Part shown: piece after piece, positions 11,701-25,224 of the stretch
Layout of the letters: the number at the start of each line of letters is the position of its first letter
Position numbering within the stretch: position 1 is the first letter of the stretch
Origin: Eledone cirrhosa
Taxonomy: Eukaryota
Length of the DNA stretch: 64,000 bases
Direction: 5' to 3'
Assembly: GCA_964016885.1 (NCBI GenBank)
Contig: OZ024744.1
Location: forward strand, 28,520,001-28,584,000
The notes under the pieces: generated by a model
Seen by the model: the letters and a program-made list of their open reading frames with translations, nothing else
Databases searched by the model: none
Told to the model about the DNA's origin: nothing
Made by a program: the position numbers and the translations under genes

Positions 11701-12840
11701 AATTAACTAGACTGTGTTTGATATAGACAGTTAACTAGATGGTGTCTTATATAGACAGTTAATTAGACTGTGTCTGATGTAAACAGTAAAATCGACTGTG
11801 TCGGATGTAGATAATTAACTTGACTGTGCCTAATATAGTTAGTTAACTAGACTGTGTCTGATAGAGACAGTTAACAAGACTGTGACTGCTATAGGCAATT
11901 AACTAGACTGTGTCTGATATAGACCGTTAACTAGATGGTGTCTTATATAGACAGTTAATCTGACTGTGTCTGATGCAGATAGTTAATTAGACTGTCTAAT
12001 ATAATCAGGTAACGAGTATGTGACTGATATAGACAGTTAACTAGACTGTGTCTGATGTAGACTGTTAACTAGACTGTGTCTGATATAGACAGTTAAGCTG
12101 GCTGTTCCTGATATAGACGGTTAACTAGACAGTGTCTGATATAGACAGTAAACTACACTGTGTCAAATGTAGATAGTTAACTAGACTGTGTCTCGTGTAG
12201 ACAGTTAACCTGACTGTGTCTGATGTACACAGTTAACTAGACAATGTCTGATGTAGACAGTTAACTAGACTGTGTCTGATATAGACAGTTAACCTGACTG
12301 TTCTTGATATAGACAGTTAACCAGACTGTGTCTGATATGGGCAGTTAAACTGACTGTGTCAGATATAGACAGTTAACTAGACTGTGTCTGATAGACACAG
12401 TTAATTAGACTGTGTCTGATGTAGACACTAAAACTCACTGTGTCTGATGTAGATAGTTAACTAGTCTGTGTCTAATATGTTAACTAGAATGTGCCTGATA
12501 GAGATAGTTAACTAGACTGTGTCTGATATAGACAGTAAACAAGACTGTGACTGCTATAGACAGTTAACTAGTCTTTGTCTAATCAGGACAGTTAACGAGA
12601 CTGTCTTATATAGACAGTTAACTAGACTGTGTCTGATATACACAGTTAAATAGACTGATTATGATGTAGATAGTTAACTAGACTGTGTCTGATATAGACA
12701 GTTAACTAGACTGTGTCTGTTATAGACAGTTAACTAGACTGTGCCTGATATATACAGTTAACTAGAATATGTCTGATAGACACAGTTCATTAGACTGTGT
12801 TTGATGTAAATAGTAAACGCTCTGTGTCTGATGTAGATAG

Positions 12841-13251
12841 ATTTCTTTATTAGCCACAAGGGCGCAACAAGAAAGGGGACAATACTAAGACATGCCGGGG
12901 ATTTTACATACAGTCGTGTAAAAAATATAAAAACAAACAATTTAAACAATCGAAATCCCCAATAGGGGGGAGGCGCCACAAATGGGTTGTTTAATACCCC
13001 GTCGATAGAACAACCCTCAACTCAAGGAGCGCGTTGTGCAAGTGCTCCTTTCTTCCTTTTGCTCTCTTCCTCAACCTACAGGCTTATAAACAGAGAAGGC
13101 CCAATCACTCGGGCCATTTTCGCTTCATTCACCCACCTTTCAGTAAATTTACTGGGGTGCAGTGCCTCTCTCTCCACCCTGATTCTCCTTCTAAAGTGAT
13201 ACTTAAAGAATGGAATCAATTGTTGTCCGGAGAGAAAGGCATCTGTCCTCA
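12841..13251 (-). mobile_element. Tx1-clade LINE copy C, short 5'-truncated insertion in the satellite
   Basis: Homologous to the 3' end of copy D (24990-25400). A 15-bp TSD GTCTGATGTAGATAG lies at 12826-12840 and 13252-13266. Confidence 0.92.
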
Positions 13252-16200
13252 GTCTGATGTAGATAGTTAACTAGACTGTGTCTAATATAGTTAGTTAACT
13301 AGAATGTGTCTGATGGAGACAGTTAACTAGACTGTGTCTGATATAGACAGTAAACAAGACTGTGAAGGCTATAGACAATTAACTAGACTGTGCCTGACAT
13401 AGATAATTACCTTGATGGTGTCTTATATAGACAGTTAAGCTGAATGTTTCTGATGCAGATATTTAATTAGACTGTGTCTAATATAGTCAGGTAACTAGTA
13501 TGTGTCTGATGCAGACATTTAACCTGATTGTGTTTGATATAGAGAGTTAACTCGATTTTGGTTGTTGTAGACAGTTAATTAGCCTGTGTTTGATATAGAC
13601 AGTTAACTAGCCTGTGTTTGATATAGACAGTTAACTAGACTGTGTCTGATATAGACACTAAATCAGACTGTCTGATATAGACTATTAACTAGACTGTGTC
13701 TGACGTAGACAGGTAACTACACTGTGTATGATATAGACAGTTAACAAGACTGTGTCTGTTATAGATAGTTACCCTCACTGAGTCTGATATAGACAGTTAA
13801 CTAGACTGTGTATGATATAGGCAGTTAACTAGACTGTGTCTGATATAGACAGTTAATCTGACTGTGTCTTATAGAAGCAGTTAAGCTGACAGAGTCTGAT
13901 ATAGAGCGTTAATTTGACTGTGTCTGATATAAACAATTAACTAGACTGTGTCTGATAGAGACAGTTAACTAATCTGTGTTGGATATACACAGTTACCTAG
14001 ACTGTGTCTAATATAGTCAGTTAACTATACTGTGTTTGATACAGATAGTTAACAGATAGTAAACTAGACTGCGTATTATATAGACAGTTAACTATACTGT
14101 GTTTGATACAGATAGTTAACTAAACTGTGTCCGATATAGACAGTTAAGCTGACAGAGTCTGATATAGAGTGTTAATTTGTCTGTGTCTGATATAGGCAAT
14201 TAACTAGACTGTGTCTGATGTAGACAGTTAACTAGACTGTGTATGATATAGACAGTTAACCTGACTGTTTGTGGTGTAGACAGTTAACATGACTCTGTCT
14301 GATATAGTCATTTAACTAGTCTGTGTCTGATATAGACAGTTAACAAGACTGGGTCTAATGTGGACAATTAACCTGTCTGTGTCTAATGAAGATAGTTAAC
14401 CTGACTGTGTCTGATATAAACAGTTGTCCTGACTGCGTCTAATATAGACAGAGAACTTAACTGTGTCTGATATAGACAATTAAATAGACTGTATCTGGTA
14501 TAGACAGTTACCTAGACTGTCTCTGATATAGACAGTTAACTATACTGTGTCTGATAGACACAGTCAATCAGTAAAACACACGGTGTCTGATAGAGACAGT
14601 TAACTATACTGTGTCTGATATAGACAGTAAACAAGAATATGACTGCTATAGACATTAACTAGACTGTGTCTGATATAGACAGTTAATTCGATGGTGTTTT
14701 ATATAGACAGTTAATCTGACTGGTCTGATGCAGATGGTTAATTAGACTGTGTCTAATATAGTCAGGTGACTAGTATGTGTCGGATATAGACACTTAACTA
14801 GACTGTGTCGGATTTAGAGAGTTAACTAGACTGTGTCTGATATAGACGGTTAACTAGTCTTTGTCTAATCAGGACAGTTAACGAGACAGTCTGATATAGA
14901 CAGTTAACTAGACTGTGTCTGATATACACAGTTAATTATACTCTGTCTGATGTAGACACTAAAACTCACTGTGTCTGATGTAGATAGTAAACGCTCTGTG
15001 TCTGATGTAGATAGTTAACTAGACTGTGTCTAATATAGTTAGTTAACTAGAATGTGTCTGATGGAGACAGTTAACTAGACTGTGTCTGATATAGACAGTA
15101 AACAAGACAGTGACTACTATAGACAATTAACTAGACTGTGTCTGATATAGATAATTACCTAGATGGTGTCTTATATAGACAGTTAAGCTGAATGTGTCTG
15201 ATGCAGATAGTTAATTAGACTATGTCTAATATAATCAGGTAACTAGTATGTGTCTGATATAGAAAGTTAACTAGACTGTGTTGGATGTAGACAGTTAACT
15301 AGACTGTGTCTGATATAGACAGTTAACCTGACTGTGTCTGGTGTAGACAGTTAACATGACTGTGTCTGATGTACACATTTAACCTGACTGTGTTTGATAT
15401 AGAGAGTTAACTCGATTTTGGTTGTTGTAGACAGTTAATTAGCCTGTGTTTGATATAGACAGTTAACTAGACTGTGTCTGATATAGATAGTTAATTAGAC
15501 TGTGTCTGATATAGACACTAAATCAGACTGTGTTTGATATAGACTATTAACTAGACTGTATCTGATGTAGAGAGGTAACTACACTGTGTATGATATAGAC
15601 AGTTAACAAGACTGTGTCTGTTATAGATAGTTACCCTCACTGAGTCTGATATAGACAGTTAACTAAACTGTGTATGATATAGACAGCTGACTAGACTGTG
15701 TCTACTGTAGACAGTTAACGTGACAGTGTCTGGTGTAGACAGTTAACCTGACTGTGTCTGTATAGACAGTTAACTAGAGATGTGTCTAATATAGACAGTT
15801 AATTACAATGTGTCTGATATAGCCAGTTAACCTGACTGTGTCTGATAGACACAGTTAACTAGACTGTGTCTGATGTAGACAATTAGCAATATATTGTCTG
15901 ATGTAGACATTTCACTAGACTGTGTCTGATATAGACAGTTAACTAGACTGTGTCTGATATAGACAGTTAACATGACTGTGTCTGATATAGACTGATAACT
16001 TGACTGTGTCTGATGTAGACAGTAAAGTAAACTGCTTCTTATATAGTCAGTTAACTAGACTGTGTCTGATATAGACAGTTAACTAGACTGTCTGATATAG
16101 ACAGTTAACTAGAATTGTGTCTGATGTAGACAGGTAATTAGACTGTGTCTGATATAGACAGTTAACTGGACTGTGTCTGATGTAGATAGTTAACTAATCT

Positions 16201-16440
16201 GTGTCTGATGTAGAGAGTAAACCAAACTGCGTCTTATATACACAGTTACCTAGATTGTGTCTGCTATAGACAGTTAAATAAACTGTCTGCTGTAGGCAGT
16301 TAACCTTACTGTGTCTGGTGTAGACCTTTAGCATGACTGTGTCTTTATATAGACAGGTAACTAGACTGTGTCTGATGTAGACAGTAAACTAAACTGCGTC
16401 TTATATAGACAGTTAACTAGACTCTGTCTGATATAGACAG

Positions 16441-18900
16441 TTAACTAGACTGTCTGATATAGACAAGTAACTAGAATTGTGTCTGATGTAGACAGTTAAC
16501 TAGACTGTGTCTGATATAGACAGTCAACTAGACTGTGTCTGATATAAACAGTTAACTAGACTGTGTCAGATATAGACTGATAACTTGACTGTGTCTGATA
16601 TAGACATTTAAGATATAGACAGCTGACTAGACTGTGTTTGATATAGACAGTTAACTAGATTGTGTCTAATATAGACAGCTGACTAGACTGTGTCTGCTGT
16701 AGACAGCTGACTAGACTGTGTCTGGTGTAGAAGTTAACCTGACTGTGTCTATATAGACAGTTAACTAGACTGTGTCTAATATAGACAGTTAACAACAATG
16801 TGACTGATATAGCCAGTTAAACTGACTGGATCTGATAGACACAGTTAACTAGACTGTGTCTGATGTAGACAATTAGCTAGATATTGTCGGATGTAGACAT
16901 TTAACTAGATTGTGTCTTATATAGACAGTTAACATGACTGTGTCTGATATAGGCTGATAATTTGACTCTGTCTGATATAGACAGTTAACTAGACTGTGTC
17001 AGATGTAGATAGTTAACTAGACTATGTCTGATGTAGACAATTAACTAGACTGTGTCTGATATAGACAGTTAACTAGAATGTGTCTGATATAGACAGTTAA
17101 CCTGACTGTGTCTGCTGTAGTCAATTCAGATGACTGTGTCTTATATAGACAGTTAAATAGGATATGTTTGATATAGTCAATTAAAAAGACAGTTAAGTAG
17201 ACAGTGTCTGATATAGAGTTAACTAGACCGTGTCTGATGTAGACACTTAACCAGACTGTGTCTGATATAGACACTTAATCAGACTGTGTCTGGTATAGAC
17301 ACTAAATCAGACTGTGTCTGATATAGAATGTTAACTGGACAGTGTCTGATATAGACAGTTAACTAGACTGTGTCTGATATATATAGTTAACTAGACTGTG
17401 TCTGGTGTAGACAGTTAAATAGAACTTGCCTGATGTAGACAATTAACATGACTGTGTCTGATGTAGACATTTAACCTGACTGTGTCTGATATAGACAGTT
17501 AACATGACTGCCTCTGATATAGACAGTTAACTTGACTGTGTCTGATATAGGCAGTTAACTAGACTGTCTGATATAGACAGTTAACTAGACTGTCTGATAT
17601 AGACAAGTAACTAGAATTGTGTCTGATGTAGACAGTTAACTAGACTGTGTCTGATATAGACAGTTAACTAGACTGTGTCTGATATAAACAGTTAACTAGA
17701 CTGTGTCAGATATAGACTGATAACTTGACTGTGTCTGATATAGACATTTAAGATATAGACAGCTGACTAGACTGTGTCTGATATAGACAGTTAACTAGAC
17801 TGTGTCTGATATAAACAGTTAACTAGACTGTGTCAGATATAGACTGATAACTTGACTGTGTCTGATATAGACATTTAAGATATAGACAGCTGACTAGACT
17901 GTGTCTGATATAGACAGTTAACTAGATTGTGTCTAATATAGACAGCTAACTAGACTGTGTCTGCTGTAGACAGCTGACTAGACTGTGTCTGGTGTAGAAG
18001 TTAACCTGACTGTGTCTATATAGACAGTTAACTAGACTGTGTCTAATATAGACAGTTAACAACAATGTGACTGATATAGCCAGTTAAACTGACTGGATCT
18101 GATAGACACAGTTAACTAGACTGTGTCTGATGTAGACAATTAGCTAGATATTGTCGGATGTAGACATTTAACTAGACTGTGTCTGATATAGACAGTTAAC
18201 TAGATTGTGTCTTATATAGACAGTTAACATGACTGTGTCTGATATAGGCTGATAATTTGACTCTGTCTGATATAGACAGTTAACTAGACTGTGTCTGATA
18301 TAAACAATTAATCAGGACAGTTAACGAGACTGTGTCTGATGTAGATAGTTAACTAGACTATGTCTGATGTAGACAATTAACTAGACTGTGTCTGATATAG
18401 ACAGTTAACTAGAATGTGTCTGATATAGACAGTTAACCTGACTGTGTCTGCTGTAGTCAATTCACATGACTGTGTCTTATATAGACAGTTAAATAGGATA
18501 TGTTTGATATAGTCAATTAAAAAGACAGTTAAGTAGACAGTGTCTGATATAGAGTTAACTAGACCGTGTCTGATGTAGACACTTAACCAGACTGTGTCTG
18601 ATATAGACACTTAATCAGACTGTGTCTGGTATAGACACTAAATCAGACTGTGTCTGATATAGAATGTTAACTGGACAGTGTCTGATATAGACAGTTAACT
18701 AGACTGTGTCTGATATATATAGTTAACTAGACTGTGTCTGGTGTAGACAGTTAAATAGAACTTGCCTGATGTAGACAATTAACATGACTGTGTCTGATGT
18801 AGACATTTAACCTGACTGTGTCTGATATAGACAGTTAACATGACTGCCTCTGATATAGACAGTTAACTTGACTGTGTCTGATATAGACAGTTAACTAGAC
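16441..18900. repeat. Higher-order tandem duplication (~1.1-1.3 kb blocks) within the satellite
   Basis: The same run of variant monomers recurs, e.g. GACATTTAAGATATAGAC and TCAATTAAAAAGACAG. Near-identical spurious ORFs at 17041-17274 and 18377-18610 are offset by 1336 bp. Confidence 0.9.
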
Positions 18901-21900
18901 TGTCTGATATAGACAGTTAACTAGAATTGTGTCTGATGTAGACAGTTAACTAGACAGTGTCTGATATAGACAGTTAACTAGACTGTGTCTAATATAGACA
19001 GCTGACTAGACTGTGTCTGCTGTAGACAGTTAACCTGACTGTGTCTGATGTAGACAGTAAACTAGACTGTGTCTGATATAGACAGTTAACTAGAGTGTGT
19101 CTGATATAGACAGTTAACTAGACTGTGTCTGATATAGACAGTAAACTATACTGTCTCTGGTATAGGCATTTAACTAGTCTGTGTGTGATATAGTCAGTTA
19201 ACTAGACTGTGTCTCATATAGATAGTTAACCTGACTGCGTCTGATGTACACAGTTAACCTGACTGTGTCTGATATAGACAGAGAATCTAACTGTGTCTGA
19301 TATAGCCAGTTGACTTGTCTGTGTCTGATATAGACAATTAATAGGTCTGTGTCTGATATAGACAGTTAACTAGACTGTCTGATGTAGATAGTGAACTAGA
19401 CTGTCTCTCATATAGACAGCTAACCTGAACGTGTCTGATATAGACAGTTCACTAGACTGTGTCTGATATAGACAGTTTACCTCACTATGTCTGATGTACA
19501 CAGTTAACTAGATTGTGTCTGATATAGACAGTTAACTAGACTGTGTCTGATATAGACGGTTAACCAGACTGCATCTGATGTACACAGTTAACCTGACTGT
19601 GTCTGATATAGACATTTAGAGAGTTAACTAGACTCTGTCTGTATAGACAGTTAACTAGACTGTATCTAATATAGACAGTTAACTAGACTTTGTCTGATGT
19701 AGACATTTGACTAGACAGTGTCTGATATAGACAGTTAACCTGACTGTGTCTGATATAGACAGTTAAGTAGACAGTGTCTGATATAGTCAGTTAACTAGAC
19801 TGTGTCTGATATAGACAATTAAACTGACAGCGTCTGATATAGGCAATTAACCTGACTGTGTCTGATATAGACAGTTAACCTGACTGTGCCTGGTATAGAG
19901 AAGTAACCTATCTGATATAGACAGTTGACTTGTCTGTGTCTGATATAGATAGTTAACCTGACTGCGTCTGATGTACACAGTTAACCTGACTGTGTCTGAT
20001 ATAGACAGAGAATCTAACTGTGTCTGATATAGCCAGTTGACTTGTCTGTGTCTGATATAGACAATTAATAGGTCTGTGTCTGATATAGACAGTTAACTAG
20101 ACTGTCTGATGTAGATAGTGAACTAGACTGTCTCTCATATAGGCAGCTAACCTGAACGTGTCTGATATAGACAGTTAACTAGAATGTGTCTGATATAGAC
20201 AGTTAACTAGACTGTGTCTGATGTACATAGTTATCTAGACTATGTCTGATAGAGACAGTTAAACTGACTGTGCCTGATATAGACGGTTAACCTGACTGCG
20301 TCTGATATAGACAGTTAACTAGACTGTGTCTGGTGTAGACATTTAACTAGAGTGTGTCCGATGTAGACAGTTAACTACACTTTGTCTGATGTAGACATTT
20401 AACTAGCCTGTGTCTGATATAGACAGTTAACTAGACTATGTCTGATATAGACAGTTAACTAGACTGTGTCTGGTATAGGCAGTTAACTAGTCTGAGTCTG
20501 ATATAGTCAGTTAACTAGACTGTGTCTGATATAGACAGTTAACCTGACTGCGTTTGATGTAGACAGTTAACCTGGCTGTGTCTGATATAGACAACTAATA
20601 GGTCTGTGTCTGATAGAGACAGTTAACTTGACTGTGTCTGATATAGACAATTAATAGGTCTGTGTCTGATATAGACAGTTAACTAGAATGTCTGATGTAG
20701 ATAGTGAATTAGACTTTCTGTGATGTACATGTCTGATATGACAGTTGAACTGACTGTGCCTGATATAGACAGTTAACTAGACTGTGTCTGATATAGACAG
20801 TTAACTAGACTGTGTCTTATGTAGACAGTAAACTAGACTGTGTCTGATATATACAGTTAACTAGACTGTGTTTTATATAAACATTTAACTCGACTGTGCC
20901 TGATGTAGACAGTTAACTAGACTTTGTCTGATGTAGACATTTAACTAGCCTGTGTCTGATATAGACAATTAACTAGACTCTGTCTGATATAGACAGTTAA
21001 CCTGAATGCGTCTGATGTAGACAGTTAACCTGACTGTGTCTGACATAGACAGGTAAGCTAACTGTGTCTGATATAGACAGTTAACATGACTGTGTCTGAT
21101 ATAGGCAAGTAATAGGTCTGTGTCTGATATAGACAGTTAACTAGACTGTCTGATGTAGATAGTGAACTAGACTGTCTCTGATATAGCGAGTTAATTAGAC
21201 TGTGTCTGCTGTAGACAGTTAACGTGACAGTGTCTGGTGTACACAGTTTACCTGACTTTGTCTGTATAGACAGTTAACTAGACTTTATCTAATATTGACA
21301 TTAAACTAGACTGTGTTTTATCTAGACATTTAAATCGACTGTGTCTGATGTAGACAGTTAGTTAGACTATGTCTGATGTAGACATTGAACTAGACCATGT
21401 CTGATATAGACAGTTAACTTGACAGTGTCTGATATAGACAGTTAACCTGACTGCATCTGATGTAGACAGTTAACCTGACTGTGTCTCATATAGAGAGGTA
21501 AATATGACTGTGTCTCATATAGACAGTTAACTTGACTGTATCTGATATAGACAACTAATAGGTCTGCGTTGATATAGACAGTTAACTAGACTGTGTCTGA
21601 TATAGAAAGTTAACTTGACTGTGTCTGATATAGACAATTAATAGGTCTGCGTTGATATAGACAGTTAACTAGACTGTGTCTGATATAGACAGTTAACTAG
21701 TCTGTGTCTGATATAGTCAGTTAACTAGACTGTGTCTGATATAGACAGTTAACCAGTGCGTCTGATGTAGACAGTTAACCTGACTGTGTCTGATATAGTC
21801 AGGTAACCTAACTGTTTCTGATATAGACAGTTAACTTGACTGTGTCTGATATAGACAATTAATAGGTCTGTGTCTGATATAGACAGTTAACTAATCTCTC

Positions 21901-24900
21901 TGATGTAAATAGTGAACTACACTGTCTCTGATATAGACAGTTAACCTGAACGTGTCTGATATAGACAGTTCAATAGACTGAGTCTGATTTAGAGAGTTAA
22001 CTAGACTGTGTCTGCTGTAGACAGTTAACGTGACAGTGTCTGGTGTACACAGTTTACCTGACATTGTCTGTATAGACAGTTATCTAGACTGTGTCTAATA
22101 TAGACAGTTAACTAGACTGTGTATAAAATAGACAGTTAACTAGACTGTGTTTTATCTAGACAGTTAACCTGACTATGTCTGATGTAGACAGTTAACTAGA
22201 CTTTGTCTGATGTAGACATTTAACTAGACTGTGTCTGATATAGACAGTTAACTAGTCAGTGTCTGATATAGACAGTTAACCTGACTGTGTCTGATATATG
22301 CAATTAACCTGACTATGTCTGATATAGACAGTTAACTAGACTTGGACTGATAGAAACAGTTATCTTGACTGCGTCTGATGTAGACAGTTAACCTGACTGT
22401 GTCTGGTGTAGACAGTTAACTAGATTGTGTCTGATGTAGACAGTTAACTAGAGTGTGTCTGATATAGACAGTTAACTAGACTGTGTCTGATATAGACAGT
22501 TAAATAGACTGGGTCTGATATAGACTGTTAACCAGACTATGTCTGATATAGACAGTTAACTAGACTATCTCTGCTGTAGACACTTAACCTGACTATGTCT
22601 GGTGTAGACAGTTGACCTGACTGTGTCTGATATAGACAATTAACTCGATTTTCTTTGGTGTAGAGAGTTAACAGGCCTGTGTCTGATGTAGATAGCTACC
22701 CTGATTTTTTCAGATGTAGACATTTAACTCGTCTGTGTCTGATGTAGACAGTTAACTAGACTGTGCTTGATGTATACAGTTAACTAGACTGTGTCTTATA
22801 TAGAGAGTCAACTAGACTGTCTGGTGTAGACAGTTAACTAGATTGTGTCAGATATATACAGTTAACTACACTGTGTCTGATGTCAGTTAACTAGATTTTG
22901 TCTGATATAGACAGTTAACTAAACCGTCTCTGATGTAGACAATTAACTAGAATATCTGTGATGCAGAGTGTTAACCTGACTTTGTCTGATATAGACAGTT
23001 AACTTGACTATCTCCGATATAGACAGTTTACCTGACTGTCTGATATAGACAGTTAACTAGACTTTGTCTGATGTAGACAGTAAACTAGACTGTGTCTGAT
23101 ATAGACAGCTAACGAGACTGTGTTGGCTATAGATATATATAGTTAACTAGACTGTGTCTGATATAGACAGTTATCCTGACTGTGTCTGTTATAGACAGTT
23201 AACTAGACTGTGTCTGATGTTGATAGTTATCTAGACTATGTCTGATATAGATAGTTAACTAGACAGTGTCTGATGTAGCCAGTTAATCTGACTGTGTCTG
23301 ATATAGCCAGTTAACGAGACTCTGTCTGATATATACAGTTAACTAGACTGTGTCTGATATAGATATATATATATAGTTAACTATACTGTGTCTGATATAG
23401 ACAGTTAACCTGACTGTGCCTGATATAGACAGTTAACCTGACTGTGTCAGATATAGACAGTTAACTATACGGTGGCTGATATAGACAGATAACTAGATTG
23501 TCTTATGTAGACAGTAAGCTAGACTGTGTCTGATATAGACAGTTAACTAGACAGTGTCTGATATAGACAGTTAACTAGACTGTGTCTGATATAGACAGGT
23601 AACTAACCTGTGTCAGATATAGATAGTAAACTAGACTTTGTCCGATATAGACAGTTAACTAGACTGTGTCAGATATAGATATATATAGTTAACTATACTG
23701 TGTCTGATATAGACAGTTAACCTGACCGTGCCTGATATATAGACAGTTAACCTGACTGTCTCTGATATAGACAGTTAACTATACAGTGTCTGATATAGAC
23801 AGTTAACTAGATTGTCTGATGCAGACAGTAAACTAGTCTGTGTCTGATGTAGGCGGTTAACTAGACTGTGTCTGATATAGACAGTTAACCTGACTTTGTC
23901 TCATATAGAGAGGTAAATATGACTGTGTCTCATATAGACAGTTAACTTGACTGTGTCTGATATAGACAATTAATAGGTCTGCGTTGATATAGACAGTTAA
24001 CTAGACTGTGTCTGGTGTAGACAGTTAACCTGACTGTGTCTGATGTAGACAGTTAACCTGACTGTTTATGATATAGGCAGTTAATTAGACTATATTTGAT
24101 ATAGACACTTAACTCGATTTTATTTGGTGTAGACAGTAAGTAGCCTGTGCCTGATGTAGACATTTCACTAGTATATGTCTGATGCAGACAGTTAACTAGA
24201 CTGTGTCATATATAGAGAGATAACTACACAGTGTCTGATCTATAAATTTAACTAGACTGTGTCAGATATATAAAGTTAACCTGACTGTGCCTGATAGAGA
24301 CAGTTAACGAGAATGTGTCTGATATAGATAGTCAACTAGAGTGTGTCAGATATAGACTGTTATCTAGACTGTGTCTGATGTAGAGAGTTACCTAGACTGT
24401 GTCAGATATAGACTGTTATCTAGACTGTCTGATGTAGAGAGTTACCTAGACTGTGTCAGATATAGACTGTTATCTAGACTGTGTCTGATGTAGAGAGTTA
24501 CCTAGACTGTGTCAGATATAGACAGTTAACCTGACTGTGTCTGATATAGACAGTTAACCTGACTGTGTCTGATGTAAACAGTTAACCTGACTGTGTCTCA
24601 TATAGAGAGGTAAATATAACTGTGTCTGATATAGACAGTTAACTTGACTGTGTCTGATATAGACAACTAGTAGGTCTGTGTCTGATATAGATAGTTAACT
24701 TACCCTGTCTGATATAGACAGGTAATCTGGCTGTGTCTGATATAGACAGTTAACTAGACTGTGTCTGATATAGACAGTTAACCTGACTGTGACTAATGTA
24801 GAAAGTTAACTAGACTGTGTCTGCTATATATAGTTATCTAGACTGTGTCTGATATAGATAGCTAACTTGACTGTGTCCAATGTAGATAATTAACTAGAAT

Positions 24901-25224
24901 GTGTCTAATATAGACAGTTAACTGTGTCTGATATAGACCTTTAACAATACAGTGTCTGATATAGATAGTTAACTAGACTGTCATATATAAATTTCTTTAT
25001 TTGCTACACAGGCGCACAAGAAAAGTGGACAATACAAAGACATGCCGGAGATTTTGCATACACTCGTGTAAAAAATACAAAACAAATAATTATAACAATC
25101 GAAATCTCCAATAAGAGTGAAGCGCCACAAATCGGTTGTGTAATTCCCCGTCGATAGAATAATCCTCAACTTCAGGAGCGTGTTGAGCAAGTGCTCCTTT
25201 CTTCCTTTTGATCTTTTCTTTAAC

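Larger units (their letters stand above)
8986..24980. repeat. 28-bp tandem satellite array (~16 kb, roughly 550 monomers)
   Basis: Consensus AGTTAACTAGACTGTGTCTGATATAGAC, with diverged monomers and higher-order block duplications. It is interrupted once by a LINE fragment. Confidence 0.97.

Noticed and set aside
17041-18610. Duplicate 77-aa ORFs as genes
   Set aside because: They are chance open frames in duplicated satellite blocks.
8986-24980. CRISPR array (28-bp partly palindromic repeats)
   Set aside because: Monomers are contiguous with no unique spacers, there are no cas genes, and the context is eukaryotic. It is a satellite.
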